From: Candidatus Latescibacterota bacterium
Lineage (GTDB): Bacteria; Latescibacterota; UBA2968
Assembly: GCA_965222605.1 (NCBI GenBank)
Contig: OZ244960.1
Coordinates: forward strand, 2,496,001-2,560,000
Direction: 5' to 3'
Length of the DNA: 64,000 nt
Positions 48,724 to 59,553 of the stretch are shown in pieces. Within the stretch, counting starts at the first letter, position 1; every line of letters begins with the position of its first letter. The notes below the pieces were generated by a model, which had not been told where the DNA came from, made no database searches, and was given only the letters and a program-made list of their open reading frames with translations. Position numbers and translations under genes: made by a program.

Positions 48724-51387
48724 TTGAATAGAGAAATCGTCAATACCCTCCCACGCGATCTGCTCAACGCAAAAAAAAGATCAGACACCTGGCCCACCGA
48801 ACGCCTGTCGTATTTGCGAACCTATCTCGACACCACCTGGGAAACGATTTATGCACACCACCAGAGCGGTGCATCGGGCAGCACTATAGTTGCAGCACTC
48901 ACACAGCGCGTCGATACACTCATCCAGGCACTGTATGCCGAAGCAATTGAAGAACACGGTGAGCCAACCAGATTTGCCGTAATCGCGCAAGGAGGATATG
49001 GTCGGGGGGCGCTCAACCCCCGCTCGGATATCGACCTGTTATTTCTCTTTAACAAAAAAGTCCGTGAAGGCGACCCCATAACGCGCGCGATTCTCCACAC
49101 CCTGTGGGATCTGCGATTTGAAGTGGGATATAGCACACGCACCCCTTCCGATTGCATTATTGCAGCGCAAGACGACACCGATTCCATGACTGCAATGCTC
49201 GAAACGCGCCATCTCGCGGGTGATCCCACCTTAGAGACCCAACTGCAAGACGCCCTTGCGCGGCGGTTTTTTGGCAGACGCGCGAGCGGTTTTATCAACA
49301 AAAAATCTCAGGAACGCATCCAGCGACACAGCAAATTCAAATTTTCAACCCAACTCCTCGAACCCAATGTCAAAGAAAGCCCTGGGGGATTGCGAGATAT
49401 TCACACAGCGGGCTGGTTCTTAATGGCGCGCCGCGGTATTCGCGCGCCCGAAGGTTTGCAAACAAGCCATATACTCACCCACAGAAATTACGAGATCTAT
49501 ATCAAAGCCTTTGATTTCATGCTGCGCACGCGCAGCGAACTGCACTTTCACACGGGCAAACACTTTGACGTACTCGAGCACGACCTTCAACTCATTATCG
49601 CCGAAAATCTGGGCTACAAAGATCGGGACAATGAATTGGGTGTGGAACACTTTATGCGAGACTACTACACCCATGCGCGTGCTATTAAACATCTCAGCGA
49701 CCTGATATGTGAACGCCTCAAAAGCCAATCCTCCACCGGTCGGGCTGTGGGATTGCTCACGCGCCGTCAACTCGATGACGGCTCCGTACTACACCACACG
49801 CACATTGCCCTGCCCAAAAAACGACGTCATTTTTTTACTGACACGCCCCACCGCCTCTTCTCCCTTCTCCTCAATGCACAGCGATTTGGCGTTCCCCTCA
49901 ACGAAGCGGCCAAACAAGGAATCAAAGACCACCTCCATCTCATTGACGATAGCTTCAGGTCTTCTGAGCGAGCCAGCCGCATTTTTCTCGACCTCTTCCG
50001 CGCATCCGTTGGCATTGGCACCACCCTTCGCACCATGCACGAACTCGACATTTTGGGCACTTATGTACCCGAATTCGACAGCCTGACCTGCCTGGTACAA
50101 TACAATCGCTATCACATCTACACAGCAGACGAACACACCCTGGTTGCTGTGGAGCGTCTCAATTACCTCGCGCGGTCTCCTTCTCTGCCCCATGATTTGC
50201 AACACCTCAGACGCGTGTACAATGAAATCTCGAGAAAAGAGCTTCTCTATCTCGCGCTGTTGATGCACGACGTGGGAAAATCTGTTCGCGGCAAAGATCA
50301 CAGTATTGTCGGTGCAGAAATGACACAGGACTTTCTCAAACGCCTCCAATTGCCCGACGACCAGATAGAAACCGTTGTCTTTCTCGTGCGACACCATCTC
50401 GCGATGTCCGGTATTGCCCAGCGCCGCGACCTCTCAGATCAGCGCATGATCGCCGAATTTGCCAACACCTTTTCACACCCCGATGTCTTGCGTATGCTCT
50501 ATGTACTCACTTATGCCGACCTATCTGCCGTCACCCAAACTGCCTGGACCGCCTGGAAAGGTCACCTCTTGCGCGAACTCTACGAAAATACCTTTTATAT
50601 ACTCACGAAAAGTACCCATCCCGACCGCGAGCAACCCGAACAACAAGACATTCGGAAAATCCTCGCTGCTCTGGAGCCGCGCATTCCACATCAGACCCTC
50701 GTTGAACATCTCAACAACATGCCCCCGCGCTATCCCGAACAAAATAGCCCAGAAGAAATTGCACAGCACCTGCAACTCATCGACGCAATAGGCTCCTCGC
50801 TGGTCGCCGTTAGCTTACAACCCAGTGGCCTTTTTTTGGAAATCACCATCTGTACGCACGACCAGCCCTTTCGCCTCTCTGAAATTTGTGGTGTGCTGGC
50901 AACCCACGACATCAACATCTTCAGCGCACATGCCTATACGCGCAATGATGGTACAGTCATCGACATCTTTCAGGTAACTTCCGATATGGACAATGACGCC
51001 ACATTGCGAAAAAAAATTCAACAAACCCTGACCGATGTCTTTCAACAAAAAGAGCGCGTCTCAGACCTGTTCGCCAATTACAGTCAGAGGTGGTCCCTGC
51101 GGCGGCAGCCCACAGTTCCCATTTCCCCCGAAATAACATTCGACAATAATGTTTCCATGCGTTCTACCGTCATCGACATTCTCGCACGAGATGCAACAGG
51201 CCTCCTGTATCGCATCACGCGCACATTATCAGAGCTTGGCCTCGACATCTACACCGCTCGCATTGGCACCCAGGCAGATCGCGCTGTCGATGCCTTTTAC
51301 GTGCGTAAAAATGGCGATAAAATCACAGATACTGCATTGCTCGAACACATCACCCGCGAACTAACGCACGCCATAGAGAATCCGTGA
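48724..51387 (+). CDS. glnD: [Protein-PII] uridylyltransferase/uridylyl-removing enzyme
   Basis: GGYGRG...SDIDLL, LEPNVKESPGGLRD, YHIYTADEHT, HDVGK and two ACT domains. Confidence 0.95.
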   Translation: MNREIVNTLPRDLLNAKKRSDTWPTERLSYLRTYLDTTWETIYAHHQSGASGSTIVAALTQRVDTLIQALYAEAIEEHGEPTRFAVIAQGGYGRGALNPRSDIDLLFLFNKKVREGDPITRAILHTLWDLRFEVGYSTRTPSDCIIAAQDDTDSMTAMLETRHLAGDPTLETQLQDALARRFFGRRASGFINKKSQERIQRHSKFKFSTQLLEPNVKESPGGLRDIHTAGWFLMARRGIRAPEGLQTSHILTHRNYEIYIKAFDFMLRTRSELHFHTGKHFDVLEHDLQLIIAENLGYKDRDNELGVEHFMRDYYTHARAIKHLSDLICERLKSQSSTGRAVGLLTRRQLDDGSVLHHTHIALPKKRRHFFTDTPHRLFSLLLNAQRFGVPLNEAAKQGIKDHLHLIDDSFRSSERASRIFLDLFRASVGIGTTLRTMHELDILGTYVPEFDSLTCLVQYNRYHIYTADEHTLVAVERLNYLARSPSLPHDLQHLRRVYNEISRKELLYLALLMHDVGKSVRGKDHSIVGAEMTQDFLKRLQLPDDQIETVVFLVRHHLAMSGIAQRRDLSDQRMIAEFANTFSHPDVLRMLYVLTYADLSAVTQTAWTAWKGHLLRELYENTFYILTKSTHPDREQPEQQDIRKILAALEPRIPHQTLVEHLNNMPPRYPEQNSPEEIAQHLQLIDAIGSSLVAVSLQPSGLFLEITICTHDQPFRLSEICGVLATHDINIFSAHAYTRNDGTVIDIFQVTSDMDNDATLRKKIQQTLTDVFQQKERVSDLFANYSQRWSLRRQPTVPISPEITFDNNVSMRSTVIDILARDATGLLYRITRTLSELGLDIYTARIGTQADRAVDAFYVRKNGDKITDTALLEHITRELTHAIENP

Positions 51388-51639
51388 AAAGACGAATCGC
51401 GCTTTTTTCTTTTACTTGACAAGCCACATTGTTTGTTTTACGTTTAGGTCAACTTCAAAATGCATTCCCTCGCACTAATGCTCCGCATCCTACCCCTTAA
51501 TATTCCAAAACATTATTCTCCGTAGGCTTCGCAGTAATCCAATGATTTCGCACAGCGTCTGTTTTGCGCCACACACAGCATGGTATCGTTCGGGCATGTA
51601 TTACTTCTCCCCTTTCCAACCCATCAGGAACCTCAAAAA

Positions 51640-52923
51640 ATGGCAGTGACCGAAGAAAAATTGAACATGTTTGAGTTGCAGGAATTCAGCATTCCCGAAC
51701 TCAACAAACACGCGCAAGCACTCAATATTCAAGGCTACAGCAGTCTGCGAAGACAAGAACTTATCTTCGCTATTCTCCACAGCCAAACCGCAAAAAGTGG
51801 ACGTATCTTCGCACAGGGTGTTCTCGACATCCTCGAAGACGGATTTGGCTTCCTCAGATCGCCCAAGTACAATTATTTGCCCGGCCCCGACGACATTTAT
51901 GTAGGCCACTCGCAAATCAAACGCTTTAACCTGCGAACTGGAGACACCATATCGGGGCATATTCGTCCACCGAGAGGCGACGAAAAATACTTCGCACTCA
52001 TTCGCGTTGAGGCCGTCAATTTTGAAGATCCGGAAATCGCAAAACAAAAAATCCTATTTGACAATCTCACGCCTCTACACCCGGACGAACGCATCAACCT
52101 CGAGTACGATTCACAGGACCTTTCCACGCGTATCATGAATCTCCTAACGCCAATTGGCAAAGGTCAACGCGGCATGATTGTCGCGCCTCCGTTTACGGGC
52201 AAAACCATGCTCTTGCAAAAAATTGCCAACGCCATTACCAAAAACCATCCCGAAATCATGCTCATTGTCCTCCTCATCGACGAGCGCCCTGAAGAAGTCA
52301 CAGACATGATCCGTTCGGTCGAGGGCGAAGTTGTCAGTTCGACCTTTGACGAACTCCCAACCCGACATGTACAGGTCGCCGACATGGTCATTGAAAAAGC
52401 CAAGCGATTAGTCGAGCACCAGCAGGACGTGGTCATTTTGCTCGACAGCATTACCCGCTTAGCACGAGCCCATAACACCGTTGCCCCCCACAGTGGGCGC
52501 ATCCTCAGCGGGGGTCTCGATTCGACGGCTATGCAGTGGCCCAAGCGATTTTTTGGCGCAGCGCGCAACATCGAAGAAGGCGGCAGCCTGACCATCCTGG
52601 CAACTGCCCTCGTCGAAACCGGAAGCCGCATGGATGAAGTCATCTTCGAAGAATTTAAGGGCACGGGCAACATGGAACTCAAACTCGACCGTCGGCTCTC
52701 CAATCGCCGCGTCTTTCCCGCCATTGACGTATCCATGTCCAGCACGCGCAAAGAAGAACTCTTGCTCAAAGAAAAAGAACTCAACCGCGTTTGGATCTTG
52801 CGAAAACTACTCAATCAGATGCAACCTCTGGAAGCGATGGAATTTTTCACAGAACGCACCAAAGAAAACAAAACCAACGAAGACTTCCTCAATGCCATGA
52901 GTGAACCGATTCACGCCTTCTAA
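51640..52923 (+). CDS. rho: Transcription termination factor Rho
   Basis: [36 protein letters not shown]. Confidence 0.97.
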   Translation: MAVTEEKLNMFELQEFSIPELNKHAQALNIQGYSSLRRQELIFAILHSQTAKSGRIFAQGVLDILEDGFGFLRSPKYNYLPGPDDIYVGHSQIKRFNLRTGDTISGHIRPPRGDEKYFALIRVEAVNFEDPEIAKQKILFDNLTPLHPDERINLEYDSQDLSTRIMNLLTPIGKGQRGMIVAPPFTGKTMLLQKIANAITKNHPEIMLIVLLIDERPEEVTDMIRSVEGEVVSSTFDELPTRHVQVADMVIEKAKRLVEHQQDVVILLDSITRLARAHNTVAPHSGRILSGGLDSTAMQWPKRFFGAARNIEEGGSLTILATALVETGSRMDEVIFEEFKGTGNMELKLDRRLSNRRVFPAIDVSMSSTRKEELLLKEKELNRVWILRKLLNQMQPLEAMEFFTERTKENKTNEDFLNAMSEPIHAF

Positions 52924-53029
52924 GAAGCGGGACTTGATTATTTCAGGGCATTTTGGTATATTTTGCGGCCTGTGGATGTCCCGCAACCTGTCTTTCTTTA
53001 TGAACATTTGAACACTTGAGGATAATCGC

Positions 53030-53308
53030 ATGAAATCTGATATTCATCCAGAATACCGCGACGTGATCTTTGAAGACGTCAGTGCCAACCCCCCATTTCG
53101 GGTCAAAACGCGTTCGACGCGCACCTCTGAAGAAACCATCCAATGGGAAGACGGCAACACCTATCCACTGATCAAAGTTGAAATCAGTTCGGCTACCCAT
53201 CCCTTCTTCACGGGTAAGATGATGCTGGTTGACACCGCCGGTATGGTCGAGCGCTATCGCCGCCGATATGGTATTAAAAACTCGGAAGAAGAAAACGCGG
53301 ACAGTTAG
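53030..53308 (+). CDS. rpmE2: 50S ribosomal protein L31 type B
   Basis: [27 protein letters not shown]; no Cys. Confidence 0.93.
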   Translation: MKSDIHPEYRDVIFEDVSANPPFRVKTRSTRTSEETIQWEDGNTYPLIKVEISSATHPFFTGKMMLVDTAGMVERYRRRYGIKNSEEENADS

Positions 53309-53325
53309 CAACGCGATCCACATTC

Positions 53326-53369
53326 AAAAGGGTGAAATAGTCGCCTGCCGCGACTGTTTCACCCTTTTT
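53326..53369 (+). terminator. Intrinsic terminator after rpmE2
   Basis: aaaagggtgaaatagtcgc / gcgactgtttcacccttttt. Confidence 0.82.
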
Positions 53370-53376
53370 GTATTAC

Positions 53377-53447
53377 GGGCGGGCACGGGGGCACCGCCCC
53401 TACGATGATATTGTTTTGGTTGTAGGGACAACTCCCTGTGGTTGTCC
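53377..53447. repeat. Inverted pair of GTAG-type REP-like palindromes
   Basis: gggcgggcacgggggcaccgcccctac and GTAGGGACAACTCCCTGTGGTTGTCC. Confidence 0.78.
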
Positions 53448-53473
53448 GCTCACGCCTTTCTGAAAGATCCACC

Positions 53474-54550
53474 ATGTTTGAACAACTCAAAAGCATCGAG
53501 ACCCGCTATTTCAAACTCGGCGAAGAAATGGCCAGGCCCGAAGTCGCCTCAGACCCCAACCGCATTCGCAAACTCGGCAAAGAATATAGCGACCTCGAAG
53601 AAATCGTCACAACTTATCGCGACTACAATAACGTGTGCGAAGATCTGGCCGAAGTAAATGACATCATCAGCACGTCAGATGATGCCGAGCTTGTCGATAT
53701 GGCCCAGATGGAAAAAGAGGACCTCGCGCTACGCGAATCAGATCTATCCAACAAGCTCAAAATGCTCTTGATCCCCAAAGACTCCAACGATAGCAAAGAC
53801 ACCGTCGTCGAAATACGCGCAGGCGCGGGAGGGGACGAAGCCGCCCTCTTTGCCGCCGATCTTCACCGCATGTACTCGCGCTATGCAGAAAACACGGGTG
53901 GACGCTGTGAAATCCTCAGCTCAAATCCCACGGGAATTGGTGGATACAAAGAGATCATCTTTTTAGTCGTTGGCAACGGCATCTATGGCAGGCTAAAATA
54001 CGAAAGCGGCGTACACCGGGTCCAGCGCATTCCCGAAACCGAATCCAGCGGTCGCATCCACACCTCGACAGCTACCGTAGCCGTTCTCCCCCACGCAGAA
54101 GAAGTCGATATAGACATCGCTCTCAACGATCTCAAAATTGATGTCTTTCGCTCTTCGGGTCCCGGAGGCCAAAGCGTCAACACCACCGACTCGGCGGTGC
54201 GCATCACCCACATGCCATCGGGACTTGTCGTTACGTGTCAGGACGAAAAATCCCAGCACAAAAACAGAGCCAAAGCACTCAAAGTCTTGCGCTCGCGCCT
54301 GCTCGATCAGGCCATCCGCGAACAACAGGCCAAAACCGCCGCCGACCGCCGCTCACAGATTGGCAGCGGCGACCGAAGCGCGAAAATTCGCACCTACAAT
54401 TTCCCGCAGGGGCGCGTAACCGACCACCGTATCAAACTCACCCTGCACAGACTTGAAGATATTCTGGACGGCAATATCGCAGAAATCATCGAAGCCCTTC
54501 GCCTCTCTGACCAAACGGAAAAACTCAAACAACAAGAACAGATCTTCTGA
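53474..54550 (+). CDS. prfA: Peptide chain release factor 1
   Basis: HRVQRIPET (PxT), [16 protein letters not shown]. Confidence 0.97.
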   Translation: MFEQLKSIETRYFKLGEEMARPEVASDPNRIRKLGKEYSDLEEIVTTYRDYNNVCEDLAEVNDIISTSDDAELVDMAQMEKEDLALRESDLSNKLKMLLIPKDSNDSKDTVVEIRAGAGGDEAALFAADLHRMYSRYAENTGGRCEILSSNPTGIGGYKEIIFLVVGNGIYGRLKYESGVHRVQRIPETESSGRIHTSTATVAVLPHAEEVDIDIALNDLKIDVFRSSGPGGQSVNTTDSAVRITHMPSGLVVTCQDEKSQHKNRAKALKVLRSRLLDQAIREQQAKTAADRRSQIGSGDRSAKIRTYNFPQGRVTDHRIKLTLHRLEDILDGNIAEIIEALRLSDQTEKLKQQEQIF

Positions 54551-54560
54551 TCCCCACCCT

Positions 54561-55421
54561 ATGTCCTCGCCGACCTCTATTCCCCATCTCCTCATCTGGG
54601 CCAGAGATATTCTCATCAAAGCGGGTGTACCCAGTCCACAGGTAGATGCCGAATGGACACTCGCCCATGTACTCGAATGCCCGCGTTCAGAACTGCATTT
54701 GCGGGCGCGCCAGCCGCTCACACCTGCACAAAACGCGACCTTTCGCAACCTGATTCACCGCCGCGCCGATCGCATACCCCTGCAACACCTCCTGGGCAAC
54801 ACCGAATTTTACGGCCTCCCCTTTTACACCTCGCCCGATGCCCTGATTCCCCGACCAGAAACAGAGACCCTTGTCGAAGTTATCCTCAATCAATTAAAAA
54901 ACGGCATAAACCTCCGCATCCTCGATATTGGTACGGGATCGGGAATCATCGCCATTACCCTGAGCAAAGCACTTGCAGAATCGCATATAATCGCCACAGA
55001 CATATCGCGCAAAGCACTTTGCCTCGCCAGTCAAAACGCCCATCTCAACAGCGTTTCCGACCGCATTTCTTTTCTACAAACCGATCTCCTCACACCCTTT
55101 GCAACGCCAAAAAGCTTCCACGCCATCTTCTCCAATCCGCCCTATATTCCCAGCGGTGCAATCAACGCGCTACAACCCGAAGTCCGCGCCTGTGATCCTC
55201 GCCTCGCCTTAGATGGGGGCTGCGACGGCCTCGATTTTTATCGCAAAATCATTCCCGCAAGCGTCCCTTTGCTCGCGCCGGGCGGATTATTGGGTTTGGA
55301 AATCGGCCACGACCAGACCGACGCCGTCACCCAACTGATCGGTCGGCAAATTGGCCTGACCCACATCGCTACCCACACCGACCTGAGTGGATATTCCCGC
55401 GTTGTGCTTGTGCAAAGGTAA
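54561..55421 (+). CDS. prmC: Release factor glutamine methyltransferase
   Basis: LIPRPETE, DIGTGSG, SNPPY. Confidence 0.95.
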   Translation: MSSPTSIPHLLIWARDILIKAGVPSPQVDAEWTLAHVLECPRSELHLRARQPLTPAQNATFRNLIHRRADRIPLQHLLGNTEFYGLPFYTSPDALIPRPETETLVEVILNQLKNGINLRILDIGTGSGIIAITLSKALAESHIIATDISRKALCLASQNAHLNSVSDRISFLQTDLLTPFATPKSFHAIFSNPPYIPSGAINALQPEVRACDPRLALDGGCDGLDFYRKIIPASVPLLAPGGLLGLEIGHDQTDAVTQLIGRQIGLTHIATHTDLSGYSRVVLVQR

Positions 55422-55423
55422 AT

Positions 55424-55516
55424 AGCTATCAGCCATCAGCTTTCAGCTTTCAGCCCCCGCCCATCCCTCCCCATTGGATGGAAAGATTGACTGCTGACGC
55501 TGACCGCTAATCGCTA
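55424..55516. repeat. Heptamer tandem repeats in inverted arrangement
   Basis: gctatca gccatca gctttca gctttca ... tgactgc tgacgc tgaccgc taatcgc. Confidence 0.75.
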
Positions 55517-55618
55517 ATCATTGACTTTTACGACCTTTTTTGTTAATTTCTCACGCCTTAAACCCATCGCTGCGTCGATGGTTTAAATTCGTTTGTCTCA
55601 CCCCTTTACAAACGCGCC

Positions 55619-56587
55619 ATGTTAGACCAAATTTTCACGCCTATCCAATATCAGATCTCACGTTTTGAAACCCGTCTCGAAGAAATTATGACGGCCTCTG
55701 ATATCGGAGGCATACAAGAAATGGCCTATCACGCTGTTAAAAACAGGGGCAGGCGTTTTCGACCTGCCCTTGCATTCTTAACAGCGCAGGCCGTAGGCGA
55801 GTGTTCAGACGCGGTGATCGATGCTGCTGTGGGCGTTGAAATCATACAGACGGCATCGCTCATTCACGATGACGTGATCGACAACTCGGAAACGCGCCGG
55901 GGTGCCGATGTCTTGCATCTGCAATGGGGCAATCGCGCAGCCATTTTGATGGGCGATTTTCTTTTCGCCAAATCAATGCAAGTGCTCGTTGGCCTCAACT
56001 CTCTACAAGTCATGGACGCCACGACCCACGCGATTCAGCGCGTCGTCGAAGGGGAAATTCTCGAAGGCGAAATATCTTCTGCAGGTGAAGCATCGCTCTA
56101 TTTTCGCATGATCAACCAAAAAACGGCATCTCTGCTCGCGCTGGCTTGCGAATTGGGTGCTATTTTGGGAAAAGGGTCGCCTACCCAGATCGCTCGCATG
56201 GCGTCTTTTGGCAGCGAAATAGGCGTCGCCTTCCAGATTACCGACGACGTCCTCGACCTGATGGGCAGTGCAAATAACATGGGCAAGCCCACGGGAAACG
56301 ATATTCGTGAAAAAAAATTGACCTTGCCCTTAATTCGAGCCCTGGCAAACTGCAAAAATGGCGAAGCTGCCCATATTCGCAACAAAGTAATCAATGGCGT
56401 AGAAACCGACAGCGACTGGCGAGAAGTCATTCGCTTTGTCCAACGCTATCGGGGCGTAGAAGCCGCGCGAGAAGAAGCGCGTTCTTATGCCCAATCCGCT
56501 CTCGAAAACCTGAATGCGCTACACACCTCCAGCGCGCGCGACGCGCTCGCACTGGCGGTTCAACACGTGGTTGAACGCGACCAGTAA
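55619..56587 (+). CDS. Polyprenyl diphosphate synthase (IspB/HepT-like)
   Basis: GRRFRP, HDDVID...RRG, KTA, FQITDDVLD, GKPTGND. Confidence 0.92.
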   Translation: MLDQIFTPIQYQISRFETRLEEIMTASDIGGIQEMAYHAVKNRGRRFRPALAFLTAQAVGECSDAVIDAAVGVEIIQTASLIHDDVIDNSETRRGADVLHLQWGNRAAILMGDFLFAKSMQVLVGLNSLQVMDATTHAIQRVVEGEILEGEISSAGEASLYFRMINQKTASLLALACELGAILGKGSPTQIARMASFGSEIGVAFQITDDVLDLMGSANNMGKPTGNDIREKKLTLPLIRALANCKNGEAAHIRNKVINGVETDSDWREVIRFVQRYRGVEAAREEARSYAQSALENLNALHTSSARDALALAVQHVVERDQ

Positions 56588-56617
56588 ATCACACTATAAA
56601 CGGAGTAACTCCCTGCG

Positions 56618-59146
56618 ATGACCCGAGAATACTGGCGTTTGTTAATTATAGGTGCGACCATAGTGCTCGCACTTTTTTATCTCTATCCCACCTATCAATT
56701 TTACTACGCACCTCCGGAAAATTTAGACCAGCGAGAGCGCGTAAAACAGCAAGCCATCAACCTGGGATTGGACCTGCAAGGGGGTATCCACCTCGTCCTC
56801 GAAGTGGATCAATCCAATCTATCAGAAGATGAAAAAACAGACGTGGTTGCGCGCGCCCTCGAAATTATCCGCAATCGCATTGACCAATTTGGCGTCTCTG
56901 AACCCATCATTCACCGCGAAGGCGATTGGCGCATCGTGGTCGAATTGCCGGGTGTGCAAGACATCGAACGCGCCAAGGGCCTGATCGGCAAAACCGCGCG
57001 TCTCGAATTTAAAATCCTCAAATCCGACGCCAACCGCGCCGGCATAATCGAAAAAATTGACCGATACCTCGCGGCGCAAGCACCTGTTGATATCGCGAAA
57101 ACCGAAGACCCGCTCCTCGGACAAATAGCTGAAGCCACCCCATCCCTCGCGCGCTATGTGCGCTCTTATGGGCCAAATTTCGTGGTAATGGAAGACAATA
57201 TACTGACCGTGCGGGAACTTCTGAATCGCCCGGATATAACAAAGCTCCTGCCACCCGACGCGCAATTCCTGTGGAATTCCAAAGTCGAAGAAATGGGCGA
57301 TGGGCAGTTCTACCGCGCCCTCTATTATCTCAAAAGACGCGTGGAAATGACGGGTGAAATCCTCTCCGACGCCTCTGTCACAACCGGGCAATCTTTTGAA
57401 AACGCCGGTCAACCCATTGTCAATTTTACCACCACCAGCCAGGGCGTGCGCCTCTTTGGACGGGTCACGGGCGCCAATGTGGGCGAACGCATGGCCATCA
57501 TTCTCGATGATCAGGTCTATTCCGCGCCCACTATCCGCTCCAAAATCAGCCAGGGATCGGGCATTATTGAAGGCACTGGCACCATTGACGAAGCCAAAGA
57601 CCTCGCCATTGTCTTGCGCGCGGGTGCGCTGCCCGCCGATGTCAATATCGTAGAAGATCGCACGGTAGGACCTTCGCTTGGGCGCGACTCCATAGAGCAG
57701 GGCAAAAATGCAGCCCTCATTGGCCTGGTCATAGTCATCATCTTCATGGTCATCTACTACGGTTTCTCGGGCCTCGTCGCAGACCTCGCGCTCGTGCTCA
57801 ACCTCGTCTTTGTCATGGCCATTCTCGCGGCTTTTCAAGGCACGCTCACCCTGCCCGGCATAGCGGGTATTATTTTGACCATTGGTATGGCAGTGGATGC
57901 CAATGTGCTGATTCTCGAACGCATCCGCGAGGAATTGCGCGCGGAAAAAACCTTGCGAATAGCCATTGAAAATGGTTATGCGCGCGCCGTCCAGACCATT
58001 GTAGATGCCAACGTGACCACCATCATCACGGCCATCGTGCTCTACCAATACGGCACCGGACCCATCAAGGGTTTTGCACTCACCTTGATAATCGGTATTA
58101 TCTCCTCGATGTTTACCTCCATCTTTGTCACGCGCACCGTTTACGACACCATTGTCTCGCGCCAGGTCAATCCCCGCCTCAGCATTGGCAGGCTGCGCGT
58201 ATTTGGCGATACCAGCATCAACTTTCTCGGTGTTCGACGGGGTGCGTTCATCTTTTCCGCTGTTCTCATCCTGATCGGTCTGGGTTCCACCGTCACCAAA
58301 GGCGGTTATAACCTGGGCATCGACTTTGCCGGGGGCACATTGCTCGAATTGCACTTTGATCCCCCGGCCTCTGTCGGCGACATCCGCCAGTCTCTGGGCG
58401 ATGTTCGCGTTGGGGATCAAAGCATGGACTTGCGCAACAGCGAGATTAAAGAATTTGGCTCGGTCAACGATATTCTCATTCGCGTGGAAGAAGAGGCAGA
58501 AGGCACAGCCATCGCAGATGCCATAAAAACCAGACTCAAGTCCGATTTCTCTGGCAATATTCGCGATGCAACCGAGTGGTTGCGGCGTCAGGAAGCCGTC
58601 GGTCCCAAAATAGGTGAAGAACTCAAGACCAATGCCGTATATGCCATCCTCGTCTCAATGATTCTCATTATCATTTACGTGTGGTGGCGCTTCAGGCAGA
58701 TTGAGTTTGGGATTGCAGCCGTCATCGCCCTTTTCCACGACGTCATGATCACCATGGGGATCTTTTCAGTTCTAAATTGGGAGATCTCCCTGGCCATTGT
58801 GGCGGCCTTGCTCACCATTGTGGGGTACTCCCTCAACGATACGATCGTGGTCTATGACCGCATCCGTGAAGATATCAAATTGTATCGCCGCGATACATTT
58901 AGCACCGTAATCAACCGCGCCATCAACGAGTGTCTCAACCGCACAGTAATCACCTCGGGCACCACCATGCTGGTTGTGCTCTCTCTCATCTTCCTCGGCG
59001 GAGAAGTCATCCGCGACTTTGCATGCGCCCTGCTCATCGGCGTTATCGTGGGAACGTACTCTTCGGCATTTGTCGCATCGCCCATAGTGGTTGAATGGCA
59101 CAACCGCCGGGAAGCAAAAGCGGGACGCGGACGGAATGCGGCGTAG
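56618..59146 (+). CDS. secDF: Fused protein translocase subunit SecDF
   Basis: LGLDLQGG, GMAVDANV, LGIDFAGG and GYSLNDTIVVYDRIRE in one ORF. Confidence 0.96.
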   Translation: MTREYWRLLIIGATIVLALFYLYPTYQFYYAPPENLDQRERVKQQAINLGLDLQGGIHLVLEVDQSNLSEDEKTDVVARALEIIRNRIDQFGVSEPIIHREGDWRIVVELPGVQDIERAKGLIGKTARLEFKILKSDANRAGIIEKIDRYLAAQAPVDIAKTEDPLLGQIAEATPSLARYVRSYGPNFVVMEDNILTVRELLNRPDITKLLPPDAQFLWNSKVEEMGDGQFYRALYYLKRRVEMTGEILSDASVTTGQSFENAGQPIVNFTTTSQGVRLFGRVTGANVGERMAIILDDQVYSAPTIRSKISQGSGIIEGTGTIDEAKDLAIVLRAGALPADVNIVEDRTVGPSLGRDSIEQGKNAALIGLVIVIIFMVIYYGFSGLVADLALVLNLVFVMAILAAFQGTLTLPGIAGIILTIGMAVDANVLILERIREELRAEKTLRIAIENGYARAVQTIVDANVTTIITAIVLYQYGTGPIKGFALTLIIGIISSMFTSIFVTRTVYDTIVSRQVNPRLSIGRLRVFGDTSINFLGVRRGAFIFSAVLILIGLGSTVTKGGYNLGIDFAGGTLLELHFDPPASVGDIRQSLGDVRVGDQSMDLRNSEIKEFGSVNDILIRVEEEAEGTAIADAIKTRLKSDFSGNIRDATEWLRRQEAVGPKIGEELKTNAVYAILVSMILIIIYVWWRFRQIEFGIAAVIALFHDVMITMGIFSVLNWEISLAIVAALLTIVGYSLNDTIVVYDRIREDIKLYRRDTFSTVINRAINECLNRTVITSGTTMLVVLSLIFLGGEVIRDFACALLIGVIVGTYSSAFVASPIVVEWHNRREAKAGRGRNAA

Positions 59147-59164
59147 GTTGAGCTAAATTAAATG

Positions 59165-59208
59165 AAAGAAGCACCTGATCAGATGAGTGATCGGGTGCTT
59201 CTTTTTTT
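59165..59208. terminator. Intrinsic terminator after secDF
   Basis: aaagaagcacctgatca / tgatcgggtgcttcttt plus T-tract. Confidence 0.82.
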
Positions 59209-59226
59209 CAAAACCAACTTGATTAA

Positions 59227-59553
59227 CTATATCGCAATAACCTTTTTGGCACCTTCACTCTCCGGCCAGGCAATATGAATACTCACCTCGCAATTGAGGC
59301 GATTGAGGAACCGCATCAACCGTTCCACGCTGTAATAGGAAAATTTACCGCTTTTAAGCCGAGAAATTTCTGGTTGCTTAACTTTAAGAATGCTCGCGGC
59401 CTTTGTCTGAGTCAGCTTGCGGTGTTCAAGAATTCGAAAAATCTCCGCACCGAGTTGGGCTTTGAGCAACTCGTCTTTTGCTTCCTCTTCACCAAAGCCC
59501 AAATCTAAAAAGATATTGCCACTACTCTCCTCAATTTTAATATCCTCACCCAT
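59227..59553 (-). CDS. XRE/HTH antitoxin (HigA-like)
   Basis: SSGNIFLDLGF, LTQTKAASILKVKQPEISRL, SVERLMRFL. Confidence 0.9.
   Translation of the reverse strand: MGEDIKIEESSGNIFLDLGFGEEEAKDELLKAQLGAEIFRILEHRKLTQTKAASILKVKQPEISRLKSGKFSYYSVERLMRFLNRLNCEVSIHIAWPESEGAKKVIAI

Noticed and set aside
51640-55421. rho-rpmE-prfA-prmC cluster with Zn-free L31
   Set aside because: A widely conserved gene order, and type B L31 is common; not novel.
56822-58420. 532-aa antisense ORF (also 41059-42000, 27525-28304, 36261-37112, 10881-11696)
   Set aside because: Shadow frames opposite well-conserved genes, with no motifs or RBS.
56618-59146. SecD-SecF fusion as a novelty
   Set aside because: Fused SecDF is well known in many bacteria.
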